This document shows, one piece after another, positions 8,330-17,182 of a DNA stretch of 64,000 nucleotides. How positions within the stretch are numbered: the stretch's first letter is position 1; the number at the start of each line of letters is the position of its first letter. The position numbers and the translations under genes are program-made. Origin of the DNA: a virus; the IMG/VR virus record IMGVR_UViG_3300025914_000009, positions 32,001 through 96,000 of that record. One strand, 5' to 3'. Under the pieces are notes generated by a model. It had not been told where the DNA came from and did no database searches. It saw nothing but the letters and a program-made list of their open reading frames with translations.

Positions 8330-10917
8330 TATTTAGATTTTGATTTCTTTGCCTGGGCCTTCTTAGCCTTGATATCCATTCTCTTCATCTGGAGCTGAGC
8401 TTGGATTTTCTCCTTATCTAGCGCGATCTTTCTGAGCTCCATCGCAATATAATCATTCGACTCTTTGGCCTTCTGCTGGATTTGAGATAGTTTAAGTTGG
8501 TATTCCCTATCCTTACCAATGCTTTCTTGTGTAAGTCTATTAGCTTCTGCGATATCTTCATCTCCTGCATTTTCAATTGGGTTCATTGCACTTCTTTCTT
8601 TGGCTGCTGCTGCTATTAGAGCAATCTCCTTCTTATTAAGTCTATCCAGCTCATTTTGCCCGGCTTCAAATTCTTTATCTAATTGATCCTGGATGGCTGC
8701 CTGTTCCTGCTCATGCTGGAACATAGCTTGCTGCTGCTGTTGATCCTGTTGCTTAAGCTGTTGTTCTTGTTGCTGCATTGCTTCCATTTTCTCCTTTAAG
8801 GACTTGAATACTTGCTTCATTGTCCTGATAGAGTTGGTAGTATATAGTACAGATATTTCATATGGAGTAGCTCCATTCTGTAGCATTGGTTGAGCAAGCT
8901 GTCTGAGATCTTCAAAGGCTTTTTGATCCTGGGCTCTGGTAGTAACAAATACCTGTAGATCCCTAAGGGTGATGTCTTCAGAGTTAACTCTAATGAAGGC
9001 TTGTTCTCCTTCTGTATTGATATAGGAAATGGTTGACTCTGGTTTCTTTACTTCTATATGCTGAACTGCATCCAGAATAGCTTGATATACATCATTTAAT
9101 ACATACTCATGTTGTGCAAAGTATGGTTCTGTCTGAGCATAGGATTGAGATAAGGCAGTATTTGTACCTGTAGCAGTTTGAGTTGCAGCTACTCCACCTG
9201 TTCTTTCTCTGGTAATACCTACCAGTTCCCATGCTTCCTGTTTAAGCTGCATAGCCAGAGTGTATCTGCTTTGGATTTCAGCAGTCCTTGTCCAGTCTAT
9301 ATTCTTAAACATGTTGAAGTTAGATGGACTCTTCAGGTTTTCAGGAGAGTCATCTACTATAACAACCCCTCTTTTTCTGGCCTCCTGCTCCCAGATATCC
9401 AGTGCATCCTGAGCATCCCCATCCTTAGGGATAGGAATGTGCCTCATAGACATAAGGTACACATTACCAATTTCCTTCTCCAGCAGCTTATAGAGCTGGT
9501 TCATACATACATTGTACAGAATCTGATAAGGTTTTAGTAGGTCAATTAAGCTCTTAGCTTCATTTATGTTCTTGATCTCATGAACTACTCCAATAATAGG
9601 GCAGTAGTTCAGAAGTTCAAAGGGCTCCACATTATATACATCAGATCCAATCTTGTAGCCTTTATACCATTGGTTTATATAGTTCCACTCGATTGATACC
9701 TGGTTTGGTACTCTCTTATAAGACTCATCTACTAAAGTGGTCTGTTCTACTCCCTCTTCGTCCTTAAATATCAGTCTCCCCACTTTCTTTTTTGAGCACC
9801 AATAGGCTTGAACTACTACATACTTATTACCAAAAGTATTTACATTGGATGATAAGCCAAGAAAGTCATTAAGAGGATCCACGTTCTCTTTGAGCATTGA
9901 CTCAACCAGAAGTCTTTGTTGTACTATAAATGGGGAATAAGTATCATATTTGATTGATTCCCATCCACTTACGTTAGGATTCTCAAAGTTCGATTCCCTT
10001 GGGGAGAATAGAGAGAGTTCTCTTACACCTTTTCTTAAGTGATCAATCTCTTTCTTATCCAGATCAAATCTCTCAATAATCTCACTAAGCTCCATTACAT
10101 GCACTGTCCCTGCAGCAAAGGCATCTTTAAGATACTTCTTATCAGGAAGAGTCAAGAACCATACATTCTTTGGGTTTAGATTTTCTACTCCTACCCCCAG
10201 CTTTGAGTTAGTCTCATATATGTGATAGAACTCTCTTGAGCAGATTAAAAGATCTCTAAAGCAATCTTCTGAGATCTCCTTCATGTTCATCTGCATCTTC
10301 ATGGCTTCCAAAACATGATTTCCCCATTTCTCTGCAGTAGAAGTATAGTCAGTCAGATACTCTGATACCTTCTCCATTGTAAGTTGTTCCAGATCCTGAT
10401 CATTAGAAGGACTGCCTTGTCCTTGTACTCCTGACTGAACAGCAATCTTAGACTTAGCTTGTTCCATTATGAATTGCTGTAATATCTCAGTCTTGAATTG
10501 AAGCTCCTCATTTTTTGAATCATCATCAAAAGCCTTAACCCTAGCTACATCTGGTCTTCTTGTAAGCTCTCCTAACATGGTATTCATAGGAGGGTTTAAG
10601 ATAGGATAGTGCTTCACATAGTTAGGGAGTTCTACATCTCTTACTACTGTATCTGCAAAGGATCTAAGTTCAGGATCATCTGTATCATTAATATAGAAAT
10701 CCTGTGGTCTGAGAATCCCCTTTACCAGGTTATAGTTATTTACAAAGGTATCTTTACCTTTAATAAATTGAGAGTAGGCCACATTGGCAAAGTAGTCCAT
10801 ATTGGACTTTATCCAGTCATCTGTTCCTTTCTCTGCTTCTGGTACGAACTGATCAGGATAAATGTTCCACCTTGCCCAGTCAAGGTTCTGATCCTTTGAG
10901 TGAATGATTATAGGCAT
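8329..10917 (-). CDS. Portal protein
   Basis: 862 aa directly after terminase, Gln-rich coiled-coil C-terminus typical of podovirus/crAss portals. Confidence 0.85.
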   Translation of the reverse strand: MPIIIHSKDQNLDWARWNIYPDQFVPEAEKGTDDWIKSNMDYFANVAYSQFIKGKDTFVNNYNLVKGILRPQDFYINDTDDPELRSFADTVVRDVELPNYVKHYPILNPPMNTMLGELTRRPDVARVKAFDDDSKNEELQFKTEILQQFIMEQAKSKIAVQSGVQGQGSPSNDQDLEQLTMEKVSEYLTDYTSTAEKWGNHVLEAMKMQMNMKEISEDCFRDLLICSREFYHIYETNSKLGVGVENLNPKNVWFLTLPDKKYLKDAFAAGTVHVMELSEIIERFDLDKKEIDHLRKGVRELSLFSPRESNFENPNVSGWESIKYDTYSPFIVQQRLLVESMLKENVDPLNDFLGLSSNVNTFGNKYVVVQAYWCSKKKVGRLIFKDEEGVEQTTLVDESYKRVPNQVSIEWNYINQWYKGYKIGSDVYNVEPFELLNYCPIIGVVHEIKNINEAKSLIDLLKPYQILYNVCMNQLYKLLEKEIGNVYLMSMRHIPIPKDGDAQDALDIWEQEARKRGVVIVDDSPENLKSPSNFNMFKNIDWTRTAEIQSRYTLAMQLKQEAWELVGITRERTGGVAATQTATGTNTALSQSYAQTEPYFAQHEYVLNDVYQAILDAVQHIEVKKPESTISYINTEGEQAFIRVNSEDITLRDLQVFVTTRAQDQKAFEDLRQLAQPMLQNGATPYEISVLYTTNSIRTMKQVFKSLKEKMEAMQQQEQQLKQQDQQQQQAMFQHEQEQAAIQDQLDKEFEAGQNELDRLNKKEIALIAAAAKERSAMNPIENAGDEDIAEANRLTQESIGKDREYQLKLSQIQQKAKESNDYIAMELRKIALDKEKIQAQLQMKRMDIKAKKAQAKKSKSK

Positions 10918-10920
10918 CTG

Positions 10921-13017
10921 TTATATAAATAATTTTGATCTTCTTCTACCATTATTATATCTGATTGGAGAAGAGTTTGAGAAGTCGATTACTTTGTTTG
11001 TGCTTTTTTGTCCCTTGAAGTAAGCTTCAAATCTGGGATCTTTCTTTTCTGTGGATACTACGAACTGTGGATTAAGATGATCCGCCAGGGCAATGGCCAG
11101 CTCCGCAGCTACTATACGGTCATAGTTCCCTTCCTCTGAGTTGAAGTTAATAATTTCTTCCAAGAGCATAGGATCAAATACTCTGGTTACTCCCAGGGTC
11201 TCTATATTCTTCTCCTCTTCTCTGAAGATGACATCATCCAGATAAGATTTAAGTAGACCATCCAGGTGGTTCCTGATCCTATCACTCGATCTATGAATAC
11301 CATAATCCCTTCTAACTGAGGTATTTGGAACTATTTCTCTAAGCCAGCTCGGTTGAGGGGCCAGGTATCTTGCAGCTTCTCCTTTCTTGAGCATATAATC
11401 TATAAAGCTATACTCATCATTTTCACAAAGGGTATAGGCATTATAGTACTTAATGAGGAGTCTGGCAGTCTCATTCCACTTGTCTTTACTATCTGGCCTG
11501 GCTACATAAGAAGCTACAAATAGGTTTTGATATCTATCCGAGGCAATGTCATGTACCCTTTTAAAGATATACACTGCCCCAAGGGAGTCTGAATATTCAG
11601 ATCTACTCTGTCTATAAGGGTCAACTCCAGCTGTATAGAGTCCGAATGGTGGTTCATCATCTATTGGGAACTCCCAAATGACTGGAGGAGCATCAAGTGA
11701 AGTTGTGCTATCTGCAGGAAACTTGCTGATTGGTAGTTTATCACTGAACTTATGGCAAATCTTTTCTCCATCATGATATAAGTCTACCGGAGTACCAGTC
11801 TTCCCAAGGGCAGTAAGTCTATTCTTTTGAGCTTTAGCAGCTTCGATATTAAAGTCATTCTTTGTAAGAACCAGGAAGCTATCAGATGGAACCAGAGGCC
11901 AGAAGGCTTTGAACTTCAATACAGTCTTCTGATTACCAGATTTTATAGCTCTTGCATATTCTTTTTCCCACCACTCCCTAGCCTTCTCATAGTTGGTTAC
12001 CAGAATGGTAATTCTTTCTAAGTCAGGGTGTTGTATTCCCAAATAATCAGATAGCTTCATTGGATCCTTGTACTTGATCTTAGCCATTAAGGCATCAATG
12101 AATCTACCCATCTTTGTTCCTGGTATTTCAGGATTATCAAAGGGGAGTATGTTATAGGCTTCAGGGTGAAGGAACACTTCAGATGCCTCTTTACCTTTTT
12201 CCATATCACCCCCAGTGCCTGCTATCATAGCAAGACAGGAAGGTTTATCTTCTTTGGATGTACCAGACCACCAGGCACCTTCAGAGTCTTTGAAACAGGC
12301 AATGAAGTTTCTAATGGTACCAATTTCATCTATAAGATGGAAACCAGGTCTAGCTCCTACTGCTGCATCGCTCTTTGATCCTTCTTCAAAGTTTCTTATC
12401 TGTATAGATGATTGAGAAGATAAAGGAGATGTTATCCCTGTCTTCTTATCTTTCCAACCAGCCTTTATTTCTTTTTTCCAGTCATTAACAATCCTTTGCT
12501 TCTGCAGGATTGGATGTAGATTGATCAGACCATCTTCTACCTTATCAGTAGCAAGCTTGATATATGTACCATTACCTGCACTGATGATAGCTTCTGATTT
12601 GTCAAAGAGAGTGTACTGATAACCAGCTCTTGAGCCAGCCATGATAGATTTCCCGAAGTCACGAGATCCAACCAGGGCATAGAACTTACCTTTCTGTTCA
12701 CATTGAGTAAAGTCATCAGCTATTATCCACTCAATGTCCCTGAGATAGGGAGTATCAATAATTCTGATCTTCTTATTAAGTCTTTCATTTTCAATGTACA
12801 TGGCGATTTTCCAGTACACTGTGTGCCAATAGAGCCATCCAGAAATGTATACTTTCCCATCTGCCAGATAAAAGCCTTCCTTCATCCTACGCTTTTCTTC
12901 AGTCCAGTACTCCCTAAAGGTTTCCATAGCTGCTTCATCTGTAGGATCGTAAATAGGTTCTACCTGGTCGGGGAACCAAATGTTTTTAGTTTTCTGGGTA
13001 TACTTCTGGTCTATCAT
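10921..13017 (-). CDS. terL: Terminase large subunit
   Basis: Walker A-like GSRDFGKS, Walker B LIDEIG, GTGG coupling motif, nuclease GVDPY and YDRIVA. Confidence 0.92.
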   Translation of the reverse strand: MIDQKYTQKTKNIWFPDQVEPIYDPTDEAAMETFREYWTEEKRRMKEGFYLADGKVYISGWLYWHTVYWKIAMYIENERLNKKIRIIDTPYLRDIEWIIADDFTQCEQKGKFYALVGSRDFGKSIMAGSRAGYQYTLFDKSEAIISAGNGTYIKLATDKVEDGLINLHPILQKQRIVNDWKKEIKAGWKDKKTGITSPLSSQSSIQIRNFEEGSKSDAAVGARPGFHLIDEIGTIRNFIACFKDSEGAWWSGTSKEDKPSCLAMIAGTGGDMEKGKEASEVFLHPEAYNILPFDNPEIPGTKMGRFIDALMAKIKYKDPMKLSDYLGIQHPDLERITILVTNYEKAREWWEKEYARAIKSGNQKTVLKFKAFWPLVPSDSFLVLTKNDFNIEAAKAQKNRLTALGKTGTPVDLYHDGEKICHKFSDKLPISKFPADSTTSLDAPPVIWEFPIDDEPPFGLYTAGVDPYRQSRSEYSDSLGAVYIFKRVHDIASDRYQNLFVASYVARPDSKDKWNETARLLIKYYNAYTLCENDEYSFIDYMLKKGEAARYLAPQPSWLREIVPNTSVRRDYGIHRSSDRIRNHLDGLLKSYLDDVIFREEEKNIETLGVTRVFDPMLLEEIINFNSEEGNYDRIVAAELAIALADHLNPQFVVSTEKKDPRFEAYFKGQKSTNKVIDFSNSSPIRYNNGRRRSKLFI

Positions 13018-13313
13018 TATATTTCACCTTTCTCAATTGGAGAGAGCTCCTGATCTCCTCTAACTGAAGGAGACTTAGCTTCTTCTTTATCTCTGAGTTT
13101 ATCTATTGCTTCTACAATTAATATATAGTCTTTCAGAGTCTCTCTTATTGACTTTACCTGCTCTTCGATCTTGGATACTACTTTATCTCCCAGCATACGA
13201 TCTTTGAGCTTGTGTATAGGCTGATTACAATATTCGCGAATCTCTTTGGCTTTCTTCTCCAGCCACTCAAGCTCCATCCCTATATAGTTATTACTCGTCT
13301 TCTTAGTAGCCAT
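13017..13313 (-). CDS. Hypothetical protein, possible terminase small subunit
   Basis: 98 aa helical ORF translationally coupled to terL. Confidence 0.45.
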   Translation of the reverse strand: MATKKTSNNYIGMELEWLEKKAKEIREYCNQPIHKLKDRMLGDKVVSKIEEQVKSIRETLKDYILIVEAIDKLRDKEEAKSPSVRGDQELSPIEKGEI

Positions 13314-13584
13314 CTTCTTCCTCCTCTTCCTGAAATAGCTTATCCAGGTTTTGTCCCTCTTTAAGTACCCTATCTACCTCAGTATCTGAGACAATATTCA
13401 TTTCCATTTCAGCTCTGTATTTCTCCAAAGCAAACAGAAACTCTTTATCTGTCAGACCCCATATATCCCCATAGTCCCCCAGGGCAGTTGCGATATGCTG
13501 GCCCAGAGTATTATTAGGGTACTCTTTCTTCAGGCTCTCCAGGATATGGATGGCCTGATTATATGGTAATGCTTTCTTCGCCAT
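13303..13584 (-). CDS. Hypothetical protein
   Basis: 93 aa ORF in operon. Confidence 0.6.
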   Translation of the reverse strand: MAKKALPYNQAIHILESLKKEYPNNTLGQHIATALGDYGDIWGLTDKEFLFALEKYRAEMEMNIVSDTEVDRVLKEGQNLDKLFQEEEEEDGY

Positions 13585-13594
13585 ACTCTTTGTT

Positions 13595-13783
13595 TTATAC
13601 TATTGTCAGTCCCGATGCTTTAGCTGTAGATTCATTTACACTTGGCTCAAGTGCATCTACCAGCCTGTCAATATATCTGTTTACTTTGTACTTAATTTCT
13701 CCATCAATTCCTTCAGTTGCAACTAGTTGTGCAAAGAATCTGATTGACTCGACTATCTCGAATGAATTAATTGGTGCTCCCAT
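13595..13783 (-). CDS. Hypothetical protein
   Basis: 62 aa ORF in operon. Confidence 0.55.
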   Translation of the reverse strand: MGAPINSFEIVESIRFFAQLVATEGIDGEIKYKVNRYIDRLVDALEPSVNESTAKASGLTIV

Positions 13784-13803
13784 ATTTAGTTGTTTGGTTT
13801 TGT

Positions 13804-13992
13804 TTAGATTAATGTATATATGTTCTCATCTGTAAGCTCTGAGTCATCCTGCGGCCTTTCTACAGGGTCTAAGATAATTGTCTTGTTGTCAGTATCTACT
13901 ATAATATCTACAACATCATACTGCATTGACAATCTGGTAAGTACTACCATTAGATCTCTTATCTTAACATTACTTAGCCTGGCTACTTTCAT
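13804..13992 (-). CDS. Hypothetical protein
   Basis: 62 aa ORF in operon. Confidence 0.55.
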   Translation of the reverse strand: MKVARLSNVKIRDLMVVLTRLSMQYDVVDIIVDTDNKTIILDPVERPQDDSELTDENIYTLI

Positions 13993-14290
13993 CTTCCAGT
14001 TTTTTGATTATTTCTAACTCTTCTTCCTGAGTCATGTGAGCTTTCCATTTCCCCAAGGGGCATTCCTGAGATAGGGCTCTGGTCTTAAGATGTAGGTCAC
14101 AACCACATACTGTGCAGTGAAAATCTGGTCTGAAGGTCTTATAATTATTGATCTCTTTCTGAGCCTCAGAGTTTAGAAGGCAATGATTTCTGCATATATC
14201 CTCTCTCTGATTAGCCACATCTTCTATCTCCTTCTTAACGAAAATGGAGTTCCAGGTTCCTTCTAATATTCCTTTAAGACTTATTTTCAT
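13970..14290 (-). CDS. Zn-finger protein
   Basis: CRNHC...CTVCGC...CPLGKW. Confidence 0.65.
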   Translation of the reverse strand: MKISLKGILEGTWNSIFVKKEIEDVANQREDICRNHCLLNSEAQKEINNYKTFRPDFHCTVCGCDLHLKTRALSQECPLGKWKAHMTQEEELEIIKKLEDESSQAK

Positions 14291-14648
14291 ATCCTCCCTT
14301 TTTGGTTTTCATATAGGCAACTGTGGCCTTGAGCTTTTCCATCATGTTATTCCAAGTCTCCATATTCCTGATTTCCTCAGGTCTATCTTTAAGCTTAGCT
14401 TCCATATTGAAGATAAGTATTTCCAACTTCTGTATCTTCCTTCTAATCTTATTAGGAGAGGTCATGAACTTTCCAAATCCTGAGATCTCTACCTGTTCAT
14501 GATCTACCATTGCATCTCTTGCATCTTTAAACTGAAACATAATAACTTTCTCTACTATGTCTTCAGGAACTAAGGTCTTTATAGCAGTCCTTGTTATAAG
14601 AACACCTTTCAACTTGTCAGCATCTATACTACTCTGATTCTTTTGCAC
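14274..14648 (-). CDS. HU/IHF-like DNA-binding protein
   Basis: QVEISGFGKF signature. Confidence 0.75.
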   Translation of the reverse strand: MQKNQSSIDADKLKGVLITRTAIKTLVPEDIVEKVIMFQFKDARDAMVDHEQVEISGFGKFMTSPNKIRRKIQKLEILIFNMEAKLKDRPEEIRNMETWNNMMEKLKATVAYMKTKKGGYENKS

Positions 14649-14988
14649 TTCCTGCCAGGTTTATTTGTAACTGAATATCTTTTGAAAAGTCAAGAGCAAT
14701 CTTTGGATTCACTCTATATTTCATATCTATCTGTACAAGAAAGCCAGCCTTCACAAGTTCCTGCTTCATATTCTCCAGAGATGCAAGTGAGCTATTAAAC
14801 ATCTCAACAAACTCCTTTCTAGCCGCAGGGGATGTTATGCTCCCTCGGGCAGCTGTGAATGCCAGGAGGTATAGCTGCTTTTGTGGAAGTCTTACTTCAT
14901 TCAGAGCAAGCAGTACAGAATAATACTTTATTGCCTTTTCCACCTCAGTAGCTACCTCTCTTCGTATTTTCTGCACAATTACCTTCAT
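14629..14988 (-). CDS. Putative winged-helix DNA-binding protein
   Basis: LENMKQELVKAGFLVQ...YRVNP pattern. Confidence 0.55.
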   Translation of the reverse strand: MKVIVQKIRREVATEVEKAIKYYSVLLALNEVRLPQKQLYLLAFTAARGSITSPAARKEFVEMFNSSLASLENMKQELVKAGFLVQIDMKYRVNPKIALDFSKDIQLQINLAGSAKESE

Positions 14989-15098
14989 GTAGCTTGGTTT
15001 TCTTTTACAAAGTTATGGGCTTTTTTGGAAGTAATATATAACTCTTTGGGATGTAATGCTATAAAAAGCAAAAATCCTCCCAATATGAGAGGATCTTG

Positions 15099-15170
15099 AG
15101 GCAGATATCTGAATCGAACAGATGTATAGGGCTTTTGCAGAACCCGACCTTTCCACTTGGCTAATCTGCC
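15099..15170 (-). tRNA. tRNA-Cys(GCA)
   Basis: Cloverleaf, loop CT-GCA-AA, TTCGA T-loop. Confidence 0.9.
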
Positions 15171-15173
15171 TTA

Positions 15174-15249
15174 TGCACGTATCGGGGGAATCGAACCCAG
15201 TCCTCCTACAGTTTTGGAGACTGCTTGGCCACCATGGCCTGACACGTGT
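15174..15249 (-). tRNA. tRNA-Trp(CCA)
   Basis: Loop CT-CCA-AA. Confidence 0.85.
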
Positions 15250-15253
15250 GTAG

Positions 15254-15324
15254 ACTACCCTGCAAGATTCGAACTTGCGTTCTAACATCCGTAGTGTTGA
15301 GTCCTTCCACTGAACGAAGGGTAG
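15254..15324 (-). tRNA. tRNA-Arg(ACG)
   Basis: Loop CT-ACG-GA. Confidence 0.9.
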
Positions 15325-15327
15325 TGG

Positions 15328-15398
15328 GGTGGAGTGCAGAGTCGAACTGCCTTACCTGGTTCACAGCCAAGTCCATTCACCGAATTGGTATCTCCACA
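15328..15398 (-). tRNA. tRNA-His(GTG)
   Basis: Loop CT-GTG-AA; ends approximate. Confidence 0.85.
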
Positions 15399-15399
15399 G

Positions 15400-15471
15400 A
15401 TGCCCCTGGAGGAATCGAACCTACCATCATGAGATCCAAAAGCTCACGCCCTTCCATTGTGCTAAGGGGCA
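15400..15471 (-). tRNA. tRNA-Gln(TTG)
   Basis: Loop TT-TTG-GA with a 31:39 mismatch. Confidence 0.8.
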
Positions 15472-15482
15472 TTAAAAAAATG

Positions 15483-15554
15483 TGGTACAGAGTGGACTTG
15501 AACCACCAACGCCCAGCTCTTCAGGCTGGCGCTCTACATTGGAGCTACTGCACC
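15483..15554 (-). tRNA. tRNA-Phe(GAA)
   Basis: CCAGC CT-GAA-GA GCTGG. Confidence 0.92.
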
Positions 15555-15559
15555 ATATG

Positions 15560-15631
15560 AGCCTGAGCAGGAACTCGAATCCTGTTCTGATGCTTACAAG
15601 GCAACTGCACCACCATCAGTGCTTCTCAGGC
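15560..15631 (-). tRNA. tRNA-Thr(TGT)
   Basis: Loop CT-TGT-AA. Confidence 0.88.
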
Positions 15632-15636
15632 TTATG

Positions 15637-15712
15637 TTGGGTGAATAGGATTCGAACCTACGCTTTCAGCCTCCCAAAGGCTGCCGGAAAAACCTGGCTT
15701 CCGTACCACCCA
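15637..15712 (-). tRNA. tRNA-Pro(TGG)
   Basis: CAGCC TT-TGG-GA GGCTG. Confidence 0.9.
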
Positions 15713-15715
15713 ATA

Positions 15716-15752
15716 TAAAAGAAAAACCCCCAGTCTTGGTAGAAAGGGGGTT
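15716..15752 (-). terminator. Attenuator terminator of tRNA operon A
   Basis: AACCCCC...GGGGGTT followed by TTTCTTTT between leader ORF and first tRNA. Confidence 0.8.
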
Positions 15753-15773
15753 GACATGCAAGAGCTTTATATC

Positions 15774-15848
15774 CTATACATACATGACAACTCCCTTCCC
15801 TGGTTGAGGGCAGAAGGTAAACCACGTATGACGAAATACTTTATTCAT
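15774..15848 (-). CDS. Leader peptide A (MNKVFRHTWFTFCPQPGKGVVMYV)
   Basis: 24 aa ORF just after promoter; codons 5-16 use only F,R,H,T,W,C,P,Q, the downstream tRNA set. Confidence 0.85.
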   Translation of the reverse strand: MNKVFRHTWFTFCPQPGKGVVMYV

Positions 15849-15852
15849 AATG

Positions 15853-15884
15853 CAAATATATGGTGAATATTTTAATCCACCAAA
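15853..15884 (-). promoter_or_regulatory. Bacteroidota sigmaA promoter, tRNA operon A
   Basis: TTTG-N20-TATATTTG. Confidence 0.85.
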
Positions 15885-15890
15885 AAAAAG

Positions 15891-15975
15891 TTGCACAGGT
15901 CAGATTCGAACTGACAAAGGCTAAAGCCCCGAGTTTTACAGACTCAGAAGGATCTCCCACTCCTGTCGCAGTGCA
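15891..15975 (-). tRNA. tRNA-Tyr(GTA)
   Basis: Loop CT-GTA-AA, long variable arm. Confidence 0.85.
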
Positions 15976-15980
15976 ATGTA

Positions 15981-16065
15981 AGAGGAGAGCAGTGGCCCTG
16001 ATCCACATCCCCGAGGGAACAGTCAGCTTAGCAGGCTGCTCCTACATCGTGTAGGTTTACTCTCC
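15981..16065 (-). tRNA. tRNA-Ser(GCT)
   Basis: Loop CT-GCT-AA, long variable arm, atypical T-loop. Confidence 0.8.
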
Positions 16066-16072
16066 TTATAAG

Positions 16073-16165
16073 AGGAAGGCTGAGGACTCGAACCCCACTC
16101 CTGCTCATCGCCGAGCCCTAGTTTTCAAGACTAGTCGCCGCTCCTGTGCAGCTGCATAACCTTCC
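16073..16165 (-). tRNA. tRNA-Ser(TGA)
   Basis: CTAGT CT-TGA-AA ACTAG, long variable arm. Confidence 0.88.
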
Positions 16166-16171
16166 TTATAG

Positions 16172-16245
16172 TATCCCTGGTAGGACTTGAACCTACAGAA
16201 CTCAGATTTTAAGTCTGATATGGTTACCTATTACATCACAGGGAT
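16172..16245 (-). tRNA. tRNA-Leu(TAA), short variable arm
   Basis: TCAGA CT-TAA-AA TCTGA. Confidence 0.85.
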
Positions 16246-16250
16246 AAGTG

Positions 16251-16323
16251 TACCGAGGATGGGATTCGAACCCACACTTTTCAGTTCCTAAGACTGTTGC
16301 CTCTCCCGTTGGGCTACCAAGGT
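16251..16323 (-). tRNA. tRNA-Leu(TAG), short variable arm
   Basis: Loop CT-TAG-GA. Confidence 0.85.
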
Positions 16324-16327
16324 ATGT

Positions 16328-16363
16328 AAAACAAAAAACCCAGCTGTAGAAACAGACTGGGCT
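16328..16363 (-). terminator. Attenuator terminator of tRNA operon B
   Basis: GCCCAGTCTGTTTCTACAGCTGGGTTTTTTG on minus strand. Confidence 0.8.
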
Positions 16364-16385
16364 AAAAAATAAAGTCTAATGAACT

Positions 16386-16454
16386 TTACATACTATACCC
16401 AGCCTGTCTGTGTAACAGGAGTGAACTGGAATAGTATGATAGAAGATTGAACAT
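16386..16454 (-). CDS. Leader peptide B (MFNLLSYYSSSLLLHRQAGYSM)
   Basis: 22 aa ORF just after promoter; codons 4-14 are only Leu/Ser/Tyr, the downstream tRNA set. Confidence 0.85.
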   Translation of the reverse strand: MFNLLSYYSSSLLLHRQAGYSM

Positions 16455-16458
16455 GATG

Positions 16459-16490
16459 CAAATGTAATAACTCTTTTTGAATTTTCCAAA
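16459..16490 (-). promoter_or_regulatory. Bacteroidota sigmaA promoter, tRNA operon B
   Basis: TTTG-N20-TACATTTG. Confidence 0.85.
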
Positions 16491-16499
16491 TAATTCTAG

Positions 16500-16573
16500 T
16501 GGAGCTAAAGAGAATCGAACTCTTCTCAGGCTCCTTGCAAGGGAGCTTCGCCAGCCTTGGAACATGTAACCCC
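16500..16573 (-). tRNA. tRNA-Ala(TGC)
   Basis: GCTCC CT-TGC-AA GGAGC; G3:U70 present. Confidence 0.9.
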
Positions 16574-16679
16574 TAAATCTGAAGCATAACCTTTCTACCT
16601 TCTCTGTAAACAGCTTTATTACAGTTATGAAATTGTATACCAGTAGATTGTACATGCTCCAGAGGTTCTTTCAAACCAG

Positions 16680-16752
16680 TTGCCTGAGGTGGGATCGAAC
16701 CACCAGCCTTCTTCGTATCAGGAAGTTGCTCAGACCATTGAGCTACCAGGCA
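16680..16752 (-). tRNA. tRNA-Ile(GAT)
   Basis: Loop CT-GAT-AC. Confidence 0.88.
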
Positions 16753-16844
16753 ATTTGATATAGGGGAAGAGGTGGTTCTTACACAGCCCACCTTCAGAAG
16801 TGTGCTTCTTCCAGGTTTTCACCCTCCCCCACTATATCTTCTAG

Positions 16845-16918
16845 TTGTCCCTAAGGGAGTTGAACCCTTGATCTTCTCATTATGAGTGAGCTGCTCTGAC
16901 CACCTGAGCTAAGGGACG
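16845..16918 (-). tRNA. tRNA with CAT anticodon, probably Ile2 (lysidine type)
   Basis: Loop CT-CAT-AA; body CCCTTAGCTCAG..GGTCAGAGCAG resembles bacterial Ile2; leader C contains an ATA codon. Confidence 0.75.
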
Positions 16919-16925
16919 ATTTGAG

Positions 16926-16998
16926 CCGAGAGTGGGGGATTCGAACCCCAACCTTCACCTTGACAGGGTGATACTGCAGCCATTACACCACACCCTCG
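16926..16998 (-). tRNA. tRNA-Asp(GTC)
   Basis: TCACC CT-GTC-AA GGTGA; ends approximate. Confidence 0.85.
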
Positions 16999-17087
16999 GA
17001 TTAGCCACATGCCGGACAATTACTTGACTGCTGTTAGAAACCAGCTGGTTTCCATCTTTTTTGTCCGCATGTAGCTTTAATTATTTG

Positions 17088-17161
17088 TACTCCCAGTGGG
17101 AATTGAACCCTACATTTTTACCTTGAAAGGGTAATGTCCTTACCATTTAGACGATGGGAGC
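17088..17161 (-). tRNA. tRNA-Glu(TTC)
   Basis: TTACC CT-TTC-AA GGTAA. Confidence 0.9.
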
Positions 17162-17182
17162 ATAGCTCCTCACCCTCCTTTA

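Noticed and set aside
5050-13017. Introns or inteins in capsid, portal or terminase genes
   Set aside because: ORFs are continuous, of ordinary size, and show no intein or endonuclease motifs that I could see; the same holds for polB
15013-16791. ORF-track ORFs overlapping tRNAs (15013, 15246, 15482, 15860, 16573, 5' part of 16386)
   Set aside because: They overlap clear tRNA genes; only the last 22 codons of 16386..16655 lie downstream of a promoter and are kept as leader B
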